A DNA stretch of 32,000 nucleotides from positions 660,001 through 692,000 of the forward strand of contig NC_016012.1 of NCBI RefSeq assembly GCF_000283555.1. The letters are read 5' to 3'. Position numbers and translations under genes: made by a program. The notes beneath the pieces were generated by a model. That model saw nothing but the letters and a program-made list of their open reading frames with translations. It was not told the origin of the DNA and made no database searches. The stretch is from Candidatus Arthromitus sp. SFB-rat-Yit. GTDB lineage: Bacteria > Bacillota > Clostridia > Clostridiales > Clostridiaceae. Below, one piece after another: positions 1 through 9,213 of this stretch (positions are counted from its first letter, which is position 1; each line of letters begins with the position of its first letter).

Positions 1-906
1 GCGGGTTATGATGATAAATTTATTCCAAGTTTGCGTAAGTTAGCAAGTGCTGCAAAAAGTGGTGGTGCTGCGGCAGTACTTCAAATTTTTCATGCTGGTA
101 ATAAGGCTCTGCCTAATTTAGTTCCAAATGGTGATGTAGTTAGTGCTAGTTCTGTGAAAACTGAAGCAGGACCATTTTCACCAGCAATATTACCTAGAGA
201 ACTTTCACATGAGGAAATTTTAGATATAATTGATTCATTTGGAGAAACTACTAGACGTGCAATTGAAGCTGGTTTTGATGGTATTGAGATTCATGGGGCA
301 CATGGTTTTTTGGTTCAAAATTTTCTTTCCCCATTATTTAATATACGTAATGATGAGTGGGGTGGTTCTTTAGAAAAAAGGTTAAGTTTTCCGTTAGCAG
401 TTGTAGACAAAATAAAGGATGTAATTAAAAAGTATGCCAAGAATCCTTTTATTTTGGGTTATAGAATTTCTCCTGAAGAGTCTGAAGAAGGAGGATTAAG
501 AATAGGAGATACTTATGAATTAATCAATCGTCTTATTGGGGTAAATGTTGATTATATACATGTTTCATTACCTAGTGCTCTTGATTCTAGACCAATCGAT
601 AATGAGAATGAAAAAACATATCTTGAATTAATTAATAAATGTGTAAATGGAAGAGTGCCAATAATGGTGGCTGGGTCTATGTTTACACCAGATAATGCTA
701 TGGAAGCATTGAATAAAGGTGCATCTTTGGCAGCAATAGGACATGCTTTAGTTATGAATCCAGATTGGGTGGAAAAGGTTGAAAATGATAAAGAAAATGA
801 GATTAGAATGTCAATTAATGCATCGAAGGTAAATGAACTTGTATTACCACAAAAATTATGGGGTGTACTTAAAAATTCAGTACCATGGTTTAATATTGAA
901 GAATAG
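1..906 (+). CDS. NADH:flavin oxidoreductase / Old Yellow Enzyme family protein, 5'-truncated by window edge
   Basis: Frame is open from base 1 (AGYDDKFIPSLRKLASAAKSGGAAAVLQIFHAGNKA...) with the OYE-like FHAG and DGIEIHGAHGFLVQNFLSP...N.R.DEWGGSLEKR motifs. Confidence 0.9.
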   Translation, partial: AGYDDKFIPSLRKLASAAKSGGAAAVLQIFHAGNKALPNLVPNGDVVSASSVKTEAGPFSPAILPRELSHEEILDIIDSFGETTRRAIEAGFDGIEIHGAHGFLVQNFLSPLFNIRNDEWGGSLEKRLSFPLAVVDKIKDVIKKYAKNPFILGYRISPEESEEGGLRIGDTYELINRLIGVNVDYIHVSLPSALDSRPIDNENEKTYLELINKCVNGRVPIMVAGSMFTPDNAMEALNKGASLAAIGHALVMNPDWVEKVENDKENEIRMSINASKVNELVLPQKLWGVLKNSVPWFNIEE

Positions 907-947
907 TATGTATTTTATAGATAAGATTTAGAATAATAAATTGATAT

Positions 948-1310
948 TTAAAAAATATTTTCAATGTAATTATAACTATATCTTTTGTTACCCCAAAATT
1001 TTATTTCCATTAAATCAAATTTGTATATGTTGTTGTGAAGATTGTTTATGGTTAAAAAATAATTTGCAGTGCATTTAATTCTAAATATTTTTTTGTTGTT
1101 AATTTGCTCTCGGGGTTCCGATATAAAATTATTTTTGAACATACACATACTTTTTACTTCAACAAATGATATAACATTATTTTTTAAACATATGATATCA
1201 ATCTCTCCTCTTTTTGATTTGAAATTTCTATTTATGACTTTAAAATTTTTGCTGAGTAGTACTTTTACAGCTAAATTTTCTCCAAGGTTTCCAATTTCTT
1301 TTGTTGTCAT
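948..1310 (-). CDS. YraN / UPF0102 family endonuclease-like protein
   Basis: 120 aa; GNLGENLAVKVLLSKNFKVINRNFKSKRGEIDIICLKNNVISFVEVKS matches the UPF0102 pattern (G..GE..A...L...G...L..N.R...GEIDLI......FVEVK.R). Confidence 0.88.
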   Translation of the reverse strand: MTTKEIGNLGENLAVKVLLSKNFKVINRNFKSKRGEIDIICLKNNVISFVEVKSMCMFKNNFISEPREQINNKKIFRIKCTANYFLTINNLHNNIYKFDLMEIKFWGNKRYSYNYIENIF

Positions 1311-1330
1311 TTAAAAAACGCCTCCTATTA

Positions 1331-2092
1331 TTAAGATTGTTGACATATTTTTAAAAAAATAACAGAAAAGGATACAAGTTTTTTTGTATCCTTTTCTGTT
1401 AAAAAGCTATCTCCTGTTTTGTAATCGATTGTTATTTCTGGTTGAACATTATACACAAAAACATTAAACATAACACCTTTTCCATTATCTTCAACAGACT
1501 TTGCTTCAATTTGAACCCCATTTGCAATAAGATTATTTTCTTCGAAAATTGGAGTAACTCTATAAAGCACATGGTTATCAGTTTTTTTCACATAATCACT
1601 AACCATATCTTCAAAAGGAAGCATTCCATCAACATTAAAATATCTTGTGCCTGTCATTAAATTTTTTTCATTTGCATTTTCAGCAGAAAGTTGAAATCCT
1701 ATAAGATGACATCTATTGTATAGAGATTTACCTTCAACTATATCATACTTTACGCTTTTCCATCCAGTAGGTTTAATATGTGATATATTTTTACGTTTTT
1801 CTGTCGGCATAATATCTTGTCCAATATTTGCAAATGCAACACCAACTCGTCCTAAATAATCCAAATCACTATATTTTTCAAATGATTTTGTTGTTAAATC
1901 TGATTGTGAAAAGAAGGGTACATTATTATTGATTTCTATGTATGGTTTCCCATTATATTCAGGGATTTCGTTTACATTAAAATTTTGAGTTATTTCATTT
2001 GTGTTAGGTGTAGAGGGTTTTAATACCCAATCTGCAAAAATAAAAGATATGAATAAGAACAATACTAAAATTATTGAATATAAAAATTTCAT
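1331..2092 (-). CDS. Secreted or membrane-anchored DNA/RNA non-specific endonuclease (EndA / competence nuclease-like)
   Basis: N-terminal hydrophobic segment; YNRCHLIGFQLSAENANEKNLMTGTRYFN resembles the His-containing catalytic motif of NUC1/EndA-type nucleases; ...YRVTPIFEENNLIANGVQIEAKS. Confidence 0.87.
   Translation of the reverse strand: MKFLYSIILVLFLFISFIFADWVLKPSTPNTNEITQNFNVNEIPEYNGKPYIEINNNVPFFSQSDLTTKSFEKYSDLDYLGRVGVAFANIGQDIMPTEKRKNISHIKPTGWKSVKYDIVEGKSLYNRCHLIGFQLSAENANEKNLMTGTRYFNVDGMLPFEDMVSDYVKKTDNHVLYRVTPIFEENNLIANGVQIEAKSVEDNGKGVMFNVFVYNVQPEITIDYKTGDSFLTEKDTKKLVSFSVIFLKICQQS
1357..1400 (-). terminator. Strong intrinsic-terminator-like hairpin acting on the minus strand, inside the 3' end of the nuclease ORF
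   Basis: Perfect 17-bp inverted repeat AACAGAAAAGGATACAA (1361-1377) / TTGTATCCTTTTCTGTT (1384-1400), 6-nt loop, followed on the minus strand by ATTTTTTT. Confidence 0.8.
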
Positions 2093-2218
2093 CGATAACT
2101 CCCAATTCTATTTTTAAATTTAATAGTTTTATGCTATTATATCAGGTAAATAGGCGTAGGTGTATAGACAAAAAATATTTTGATGTAAATGAGAACTCTA
2201 AATTTTAAGGAGATTAGT

Positions 2219-2803
2219 ATGTTTAAAAAAGTTATATTTATTTTTTGCTTTATTATTTTTATTTGTGGTGTAAGCGTTTCTTGTAGCTACGGTGATAAAA
2301 AGAATAATGTATTTAAATCGCAGAAGTTGAATCAAGAAGATGAGGTTTCTGATGCATCAATGACAAAAGATGAATTACATGAAGCGATGACTAATCAACC
2401 GATAAAAATTTTAAGGACGGAACACTATGTATCAAGTATTTTAAATTCAAAAGGCGTACCACAGAATTATTTAACATCAGTTATTCAAAATAACAGTGGT
2501 GTTAGAATAAAAGATGTAGTAATTGGTTTTGTTGCTTGGGATGATAAAAATTTACCTATTAAAATAAAGAGTGACGATATGTTTTATATTCCAAGCTATC
2601 TTACAAAAGTAAACTACAATGATATTAATTTGGAAGATGGATACAGCTATGGTCAGAATATAGGTGCAGCAGTAGAAAATGATGAAATTGTAAATTTAAA
2701 ATCAATAGTTATTTCCTATACAGATTACGAGGGAAATACATGGGAAAATGATTTAATGAAAGACTTTGAAAACTTATATTTAAATAAAAAATTTGTAGAG
2801 TAA
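2219..2803 (+). CDS. Small lipoprotein, paralogue of 19618-20217 (DUF5780-like)
   Basis: ATG at 2219 after AAGGAG; signal peptide plus cysteine (MFKKVIFIFCFIIFICGVSVSC); C-terminal domain shares ...NQPIKI..TE......VIQN.SG..IK..V.GFVAWD...PIKIKS...ISYTD..GNTWEN.L...F...Y..KK.VE with the later ORF. Confidence 0.75.
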   Translation: MFKKVIFIFCFIIFICGVSVSCSYGDKKNNVFKSQKLNQEDEVSDASMTKDELHEAMTNQPIKILRTEHYVSSILNSKGVPQNYLTSVIQNNSGVRIKDVVIGFVAWDDKNLPIKIKSDDMFYIPSYLTKVNYNDINLEDGYSYGQNIGAAVENDEIVNLKSIVISYTDYEGNTWENDLMKDFENLYLNKKFVE

Positions 2804-2810
2804 GGTTTAT

Positions 2811-2856
2811 GAAGGACAAGTTTGGTTGTTAACCAGACCTGTCCTTCGTTTATTAT
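2811..2856 (+). terminator. Intrinsic terminator downstream of the lipoprotein
   Basis: GAAGGACAAGTTTGGTTGTTAACCAGACCTGTCCTTC nearly fully paired hairpin followed by GTTTATTATT. Confidence 0.65.
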
Positions 2857-2920
2857 TGTAAATATTTAGCGAAAAATGTATAATTTTTGATATAAAGATT
2901 TTAAAATTTTAGAGGTTGAG

Positions 2921-5152
2921 ATGAATTTTAATGAAAAGCTAGCAAGAAGAATAGAAAAATCAGATGGACAAATCAAGTATCAAAAATTAATAGATCATAT
3001 ACATGGGGTTTCTGAATTCTCAGAGGAATTTATAAGTAAATTTTTTTTGGAAAATTCAGGGAAGGTTTTGGCTTTATTACATGATTTAGGAAAATATTCG
3101 GATGAATTTCAAGAAAGAATACGTGGTAAAAATATAAAGGTTGATCATTCAACAGCAGGTGCAATAATTTGCGATGATTTGGAAAGTGAATTAAAAGATA
3201 AGCATGAAAGCGTAATATATAAAATTTTTAAGTACATAATTATAGGTCATCACTCTGGACTTTTGAATTATGGGACAGACATTGATGATGCGGGAACTAT
3301 AAGTTCAAGACTTAATAAAAAAGAGGAATTATGTGATTTTTCTGATTGGAAAGATGAAATAAGCATTGATGAGATTAAGCAAATTAATATGAGCAAAGAA
3401 GTCTATAGATTTTTTAAAGATAATTTTTCGATACAGATGCTTATAAGATTTTTATTTTCTTCTCTTGTTGATGGAGATAGGCTTGATGCTCAAAGATTTT
3501 CTGAAGGTGAAAATTCAATCATTAATTCTAAAAAATTAATGAGTTTGGATGAAATGACAGAGAAATTTAATGATTTTATGGAATTAAAGAAATTAGATGG
3601 AACAAATAATCCGATAAATTCAATACGTAATATAATTTTTAATGATTGTGTTAATAAATCAAATGGTAGTAAAGGGTTTTATTCATTATGTGTTCCAACA
3701 GGTGGAGGAAAAACGTTATCTTCTTTGGCGTTTGCCTTGAATCATGCAAAACAAAATGGTCATGATAGAATAATTTATTCTCTACCATTCACAAGTATAA
3801 TAGAGCAGAATGCGAAGGTGTATTCTGACATTTTTGGAGAAGAAAATGTTTTGGAGCATCATTGTAATTTCAATTTTTCAAATGAGATTGGTGAAAATGA
3901 ATATTCAGAGAAGCAACTCAAGTATAAGCTTGCAACTGAGAATTGGGATATGCCTTTGATTGTAACTACTAATGTTCAATTGTTTGAAAGTATGTATTCT
4001 AACAAACCTTCTTCTGTAAGGAAGCTTCATAATATTTATAATAGTATAATAATTTTGGATGAAGCTCAGGTTATACCAAATGAATATTTAAAACCTTGTA
4101 TAAGAGCCTTAGAGGAACTGGTGAAAAATTATTCATGTACAGTATTATTTTGTACAGCGACTCAGCCAGGATTTAAGAAGAACGGATTGATAGAAAATTT
4201 TGACGTAGTCGAAATAATAGATGATACATATAAACTTTTTGAAGATTTGAAAAGGGTTGAAGGGAAATTTATTGGAAAGCAAAGTGTGGAAGAGATATGT
4301 AACAAAATGAATTCACACAAACAAGTCTTGACGATCGTTAATACAAAAAAACATGCAAAGGAAATTTTTGAAAGTTTAAGTGAAAGTGAAGGGAACTTTC
4401 ATCTTTCAACTAACATGTATCCTAATCACAGAAAAGAAATTATTAGGATCATCAAAGAAAGATTAAAAAATGGGGAAGAGTGTAGAGTTATTTCGACTCA
4501 GTTAATCGAGGCTGGAGTTGATGTTGATTTTCCTGTTGTATTTCGTTCAGTTAGCGGAATTGATTCAATTGTACAAGCTGCAGGAAGATGCAACAGAGAG
4601 GGAAAACGAAAAGAATCAACTGTGTATGTATTTAAACCAGAAGATAGTTTGCATTTAGGAATGGGATATTTAAAGTTAACATCGCAAATTGGAGAAGGAA
4701 TAATAGAAGACTTTAAAGATTTTCTATCAATAGATGCGATAGATAAATATTTTTCAGAATTATTTATTGATACAGATCACAGACAGGATAAACACAATAT
4801 TTTGAAAATAATAAATAAACGCAAAAAATTTGAATTAAAGTATGATTTTGAAAAAATTAATGATGAATTTAAGTTTATTGATAATGTAGGAACTCAAATT
4901 ATTGTACCGATTGGAGAAGGAGAAAAACTTTTAAATGTTCTTAAGTATTCTGAAAAAGGAATTAAGAGTGTTTTAAGAAAATTAAATGGATTTTCTATCA
5001 ATATAGCAGATAACGTTTTAAAAGAATTAATAGAAGGTGGATGTGCTGAACAATTTTCCGATGATATCTTTGTCTTAAAAAATTTAAGCATGTATGATAG
5101 CAAGATAGGTTTTGATAAAGATAATATAGAAAATTATGATTATATTATTTAA
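2921..5152 (+). CDS. cas3: CRISPR-associated nuclease/helicase Cas3 (type I-C)
   Basis: N-terminal HD domain (LLHDLGKYSDEFQERI...DHSTAGA...GHHSG) plus SF2 helicase motifs VPTGGGKT, ILDEAQ, FCTATQ, STQLIEAGVDVDFPVVFR, QAAGRCNREGKR; first gene of a cas operon. Confidence 0.96.
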   Translation: MNFNEKLARRIEKSDGQIKYQKLIDHIHGVSEFSEEFISKFFLENSGKVLALLHDLGKYSDEFQERIRGKNIKVDHSTAGAIICDDLESELKDKHESVIYKIFKYIIIGHHSGLLNYGTDIDDAGTISSRLNKKEELCDFSDWKDEISIDEIKQINMSKEVYRFFKDNFSIQMLIRFLFSSLVDGDRLDAQRFSEGENSIINSKKLMSLDEMTEKFNDFMELKKLDGTNNPINSIRNIIFNDCVNKSNGSKGFYSLCVPTGGGKTLSSLAFALNHAKQNGHDRIIYSLPFTSIIEQNAKVYSDIFGEENVLEHHCNFNFSNEIGENEYSEKQLKYKLATENWDMPLIVTTNVQLFESMYSNKPSSVRKLHNIYNSIIILDEAQVIPNEYLKPCIRALEELVKNYSCTVLFCTATQPGFKKNGLIENFDVVEIIDDTYKLFEDLKRVEGKFIGKQSVEEICNKMNSHKQVLTIVNTKKHAKEIFESLSESEGNFHLSTNMYPNHRKEIIRIIKERLKNGEECRVISTQLIEAGVDVDFPVVFRSVSGIDSIVQAAGRCNREGKRKESTVYVFKPEDSLHLGMGYLKLTSQIGEGIIEDFKDFLSIDAIDKYFSELFIDTDHRQDKHNILKIINKRKKFELKYDFEKINDEFKFIDNVGTQIIVPIGEGEKLLNVLKYSEKGIKSVLRKLNGFSINIADNVLKELIEGGCAEQFSDDIFVLKNLSMYDSKIGFDKDNIENYDYII

Positions 5153-5170
5153 TTTTTATGGAGGGAATTT

Positions 5171-5851
5171 ATGGGATTTACTTTGAGAGTTTGGGGAGAT
5201 TATGCTTGTTTCACAAGACCTGAAATGAAGGTAGAAAGAGTTAGCTATGATGTTATAACTCCTTCTTCAGCTCGAGCTATATTTGAGGCGATTCATTGGA
5301 AACCAGCTATTAGATGGGTTATAGATGAAATAAATGTAATTAAGCCAATTAAATTTCAAACTATTCTTAGGAATGAAGTAAAAAGTGTTATAAGCGAACA
5401 ATCGATAAAAAATTCGATGAAGAATATGGAAAAACAAATTTATATTGACGCTAATGAAGAAAGAGCACAAAGAAATTCAATGATACTTAAGGATGTTGAA
5501 TATGTTATAAAAGCCCATTTTGAAATGACTAAGCACGCTGGAGAAAGTGATGATGAAAAGAAACATTATAATATCTTTTTAAGACGAGCTAGGAAAGGTG
5601 AATGCTTTACTCAACCATATTTTGGATGCAGGGAATTTTCATGTAATTTTGAGCTTTTAGAAGATGGAGAAGTTCCAGCTAACATTAATGAAACAAAAGA
5701 TTTAGGATGGATGCTTTATGATATAGATTTTGTGAAGAAAGGAGATTCATATAAGGGGGTCAAAGAATATAACCCTAAATTTTTTAGGGCTGAAATGATT
5801 AAAGGTAAAATATTTATCCCTCAAAATCTTCACAAGGAGGTTAATAAATGA
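5171..5851 (+). CDS. cas5c: Type I-C CRISPR-associated protein Cas5 (Cas5c/Cas5d, crRNA-processing)
   Basis: MGFTLRVWGDYACFTRPEMKVERVSYDVITPSSARAIFEAIHWKPAIRWVIDEINVIKPIKF is characteristic; position between cas3 and cas8c. Confidence 0.96.
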   Translation: MGFTLRVWGDYACFTRPEMKVERVSYDVITPSSARAIFEAIHWKPAIRWVIDEINVIKPIKFQTILRNEVKSVISEQSIKNSMKNMEKQIYIDANEERAQRNSMILKDVEYVIKAHFEMTKHAGESDDEKKHYNIFLRRARKGECFTQPYFGCREFSCNFELLEDGEVPANINETKDLGWMLYDIDFVKKGDSYKGVKEYNPKFFRAEMIKGKIFIPQNLHKEVNK

Positions 5852-7686
5852 TTCTAAAAGAGTTGGTAGATTGTTATGATTTGATGGCGAATTCAGATAA
5901 GTTTCAAATTGCTGATAATAATTCGAACAATGAAAATGTGTCTTTTAAAGTTACTATTGATCAAGATGGAATTGTAAGCAGTGTTATTGATTTAAGAGAA
6001 GGTTCAGGTTCAAAGAGGAAGCCTGTTTTGATGACTGTTCCATACAAGTTTTCGGGAAGAACGGGAAAATCTATTGTACCTTATTTTCTGTATGATAATG
6101 CCAAATACTTATTTGGTTGTGAACTAGATAGTAAGTCTTTAGAATTAAATAGATTTGATGAATATGTTGGTGCATCAAAAAAATTACATATGGAGATATT
6201 GGAAGGATCTCAATCCAAGTATCAATTGATTCTTGAAAAGTTTTTTGATAATCGAGATCAAAACATAGAGATTGTTAAGGAAAAAGATACAGAAGCATTG
6301 AAGAGTGGGTTTATTGTCTTATGTTTTAAAAATGATACCAAATGCATCCATGAGCAACAAGAAATTAAAAAAGCATTTGCATTATACAGGCAAATTAAAT
6401 TTAAGGATGTAAAAGATTTAAAAGGAGATTGTCTTATAAGTGGATTTACAAATGTTCCAATTGCTAGAACTCATACTCCAATAAAGGGGGTTTTGGGTTC
6501 AAGTGCTTCTGGGGCAATGATTGTAAGTTTTAATGAAAGTGCTTTTGAATCTTATGGGAAAAAACAAAGTTACAATGCGAGTGTTTCTAATGGAAATGAA
6601 TTTAAATATACAACTGTTTTAAACAAGATTTTATCTGGTAATGAAAACAAAATATATTTATCAGGAAATAGCATTGTATTTTGGAGTAATAAGATCGGAT
6701 GTAAAGAAGAAAAGATTATACATGCTTTTTTAAGAGATGATGAAGATGATAATGACGAAGAAGGTAATGGTGGAATCAAGTACAACCAGGAGGGAGTTGA
6801 TAAAATTGAAAGTGTTATAAAACTTATTAAACAAGGTAAGACGGTTAACATTGACAAATTAAAATTAGATGATTCGGTAAATATGTATATTCTAGGTCTT
6901 TATGGTACTAAGTCTAGGATATTCATCAGATTTTGGTTTAAAAATTCTTTAATAGATTTTGTGAAATTAACAAACAAACATTTTGAAGATACAAAACTTA
7001 AGAGAATTAGAAAGATTAATAAAAAAGATCTTATTCATGAAGAAGTTGGCGTGAAGATGTCACTAATATTAAAAACAATAACTCCTTATGGTAAAAGTCA
7101 AAACACTCCAAAAGCATTAATAAATACTCTTTTTAAAAGTATTTTAACAGGGGTTGTTTATCCAATATCTATTTATAATAAAATTCTTGAAAGGATTAAA
7201 GCAGAAGCTGGCGAAGATTATGCAGTTAATCATACAAGGGTTTCGTTTATAAAAGGATATTTAAAAAGGTATTATAGATTAAATAATTTTAAAGATAAAG
7301 AGGAGGAAATAACTGTGTCATTAAATAAAGAATCTAAAAATGTTGCGTATAATTTGGGCAGAATTTTTGCGATACTTGAAAAAATACAAATGGATTCCAA
7401 TAATGGTTCAACTAACATTAGAGAAAAATATTTGTCTTCAGCATCTTCAACACCTAAATCTATTTTCCCAAATTTATTAAACTTAGCACAATATCATATA
7501 GCCAAAATTAATAAAGAAAATAATAGGATGTTTAATTATTATGACAAAATAATAGGCGAGATATTGTTAAATATTAATGAGTTTCCAGCAGTATTTTCAA
7601 GTGATGAGCAAGGAATGTTTATATTGGGATATTATCATCAAAGAGAAGATATATATACGCCAAAAAAAGATAAGGAGGAAAACTAA
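5848..7686 (+). CDS. cas8c: Type I-C CRISPR-associated protein Cas8c/Csd1
   Basis: 612 aa; MILKELVDCYDLMA..., HTPIKGVLGSSASGAMIVSFNESAFESYGKKQSYNASVSN, NLAYNLGRIFAILEKIQ-type region; ATGA overlap with cas5. Confidence 0.95.
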   Translation: MILKELVDCYDLMANSDKFQIADNNSNNENVSFKVTIDQDGIVSSVIDLREGSGSKRKPVLMTVPYKFSGRTGKSIVPYFLYDNAKYLFGCELDSKSLELNRFDEYVGASKKLHMEILEGSQSKYQLILEKFFDNRDQNIEIVKEKDTEALKSGFIVLCFKNDTKCIHEQQEIKKAFALYRQIKFKDVKDLKGDCLISGFTNVPIARTHTPIKGVLGSSASGAMIVSFNESAFESYGKKQSYNASVSNGNEFKYTTVLNKILSGNENKIYLSGNSIVFWSNKIGCKEEKIIHAFLRDDEDDNDEEGNGGIKYNQEGVDKIESVIKLIKQGKTVNIDKLKLDDSVNMYILGLYGTKSRIFIRFWFKNSLIDFVKLTNKHFEDTKLKRIRKINKKDLIHEEVGVKMSLILKTITPYGKSQNTPKALINTLFKSILTGVVYPISIYNKILERIKAEAGEDYAVNHTRVSFIKGYLKRYYRLNNFKDKEEEITVSLNKESKNVAYNLGRIFAILEKIQMDSNNGSTNIREKYLSSASSTPKSIFPNLLNLAQYHIAKINKENNRMFNYYDKIIGEILLNINEFPAVFSSDEQGMFILGYYHQREDIYTPKKDKEEN

Positions 7687-7688
7687 TT

Positions 7689-8555
7689 ATGTCATTAAGT
7701 AAAAGATATGAATTTGTAATATTGTTTGATGTTGAGAATGGGAATCCTAATGGAGATCCAGATTCAGGAAATATGCCAAGGATTGATCCAGAAACAGGAC
7801 ATGGTATTGTAACAGATGTTTGTATAAAAAGAAAAATTAGAAATTACATAGAAGTAGTTGAAGGTGAAAGACAAGGGTTTGATATATATGTAAAAAATGG
7901 TGTTGTTTTAAATGAACAGCATAGAAAAGCATACGATGCTTTTGAATTAAAATCCGAGAAGAAGAAATTACCAAAAGACGAAAAACTTGCAAAAGAACTT
8001 ACGGGTTATATGTGCAAGAATTTTTATGACATACGTAGCTTTGGAGCGGTCATGAGCAACGAGGTAAACTGCGGTCAGGTTAGAGGACCTGTTCAATTGA
8101 ATTTCGGAAGAAGTATAGATCCTATTTTTTCTCAGGATTTAACAATAACTAGATGTGCAGTTACAAATTTAAATGATTTGGAAAAAGGACAAACTATGGG
8201 AAGGAAACAAATAGTTCCATATGGTTTATATAGAATGGAAGGATATGTTTCAGCACATTTAGCAGAAAGGGTTACAGGATTTAGTGAGGAAGATTTAAAT
8301 ATTTTGTGGGAAGCTATTATAAATATGTTCGAATACGATCGTTCTGCATCACATGGTAAGATGGCAACAAGGAAACTTTATGTTTTTGAACATGAAACAG
8401 CACTTGGAAATGCTCCGTCGCATAAATTGTTTGATTTAATAAAAATTGAAAAGAAGGATAAATCAAGACCTTCTAGGAATTTTAATGATTATGAGATTGT
8501 TATTGATGAGGTGCCTAAGGGTGTGAATCTTACAGAGCTTATAGATGGAATTTAA
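7689..8555 (+). CDS. cas7: Type I-C CRISPR-associated protein Cas7/Csd2
   Basis: RYEFVILFDVENGNPNGDPDSGNMPRIDPETGHGIVTDVCIKRKIRNYIE typical of Csd2; ...DIRSFGAVMS...VRGPVQLNFGRSIDPI. Confidence 0.97.
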   Translation: MSLSKRYEFVILFDVENGNPNGDPDSGNMPRIDPETGHGIVTDVCIKRKIRNYIEVVEGERQGFDIYVKNGVVLNEQHRKAYDAFELKSEKKKLPKDEKLAKELTGYMCKNFYDIRSFGAVMSNEVNCGQVRGPVQLNFGRSIDPIFSQDLTITRCAVTNLNDLEKGQTMGRKQIVPYGLYRMEGYVSAHLAERVTGFSEEDLNILWEAIINMFEYDRSASHGKMATRKLYVFEHETALGNAPSHKLFDLIKIEKKDKSRPSRNFNDYEIVIDEVPKGVNLTELIDGI

Positions 8556-8556
8556 T

Positions 8557-9213
8557 ATGGATTATTTGATGATTTCAGGTATTCAACATTTTGTTTTTTG
8601 TCCACGTCAATGGGCTCTTATACATATAGAACAGATTTGGAAGGATAATGTCAAAACTTTTAAAGGACATAAATTCCATGAAAAAGTTGATGATCCATAT
8701 GTTTTTGAGAAAAGGGGAGAGCGTATAATTTCACGCTCCATTCCTTTAATTTCACATGAGTTATCTTTAGTTGGTGTTAGTGATTGTATTGAATTTTATG
8801 TTAGGAATGATAATTTAGGAGTTAAAATTAAAGGAAGAGAAGGAAGTTATGATGTAATACCAATTGAGTATAAAGTTGGAGATATTAAAGATGATGAAAG
8901 TGATATTTCACAGCTCTGTGTTCAAGCTATTTGTCTTGAAGAAATGTTTGATACAAAAATTAAAAAAGGGTATTTCTATTATGGCAAGCTAAGAAGAAGA
9001 GTTGAGGTTGAATTTACAGAGGAGCTTAGAAAAAATGTTAAAGAATTAGCTAAGAAGATGAAATATTATTTTGATAATGGAGTAACCCCAAAAGCTTGTT
9101 ATAAAAAACATTGCGTGAGTTGTTCTCTTTATGATATTTGTTTACCTAAATTAAATCGTAGTTATACTAAAGTTAAAAATTATATTGATTCTTATTGGAT
9201 ATCAGGGAGCTAG
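8557..9213 (+). CDS. cas4: CRISPR-associated exonuclease Cas4
   Basis: ATG at 8557 (in-frame alternative ATG at 8545 overlapping cas7); HFVFCPRQWALIHIE, VIPIEYKVG, and C-terminal Cys cluster CYKKHCVSCSLYDICLPKL. Extreme C-terminus (...DSYWISGS) may be foreign because it reads into cas1 sequence. Confidence 0.92.
   Translation: MDYLMISGIQHFVFCPRQWALIHIEQIWKDNVKTFKGHKFHEKVDDPYVFEKRGERIISRSIPLISHELSLVGVSDCIEFYVRNDNLGVKIKGREGSYDVIPIEYKVGDIKDDESDISQLCVQAICLEEMFDTKIKKGYFYYGKLRRRVEVEFTEELRKNVKELAKKMKYYFDNGVTPKACYKKHCVSCSLYDICLPKLNRSYTKVKNYIDSYWISGS

Noticed and set aside
1069-1314. 81-aa + strand ORF opposite yraN
   Set aside because: Antisense shadow of the YraN family coding sequence.
2921-8555. 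Possibility that the type I-C effector genes are degraded like cas1
   Set aside because: cas3, cas5, cas8c and cas7 are full-length with characteristic motifs; only the cas4/cas1 junction is abnormal.
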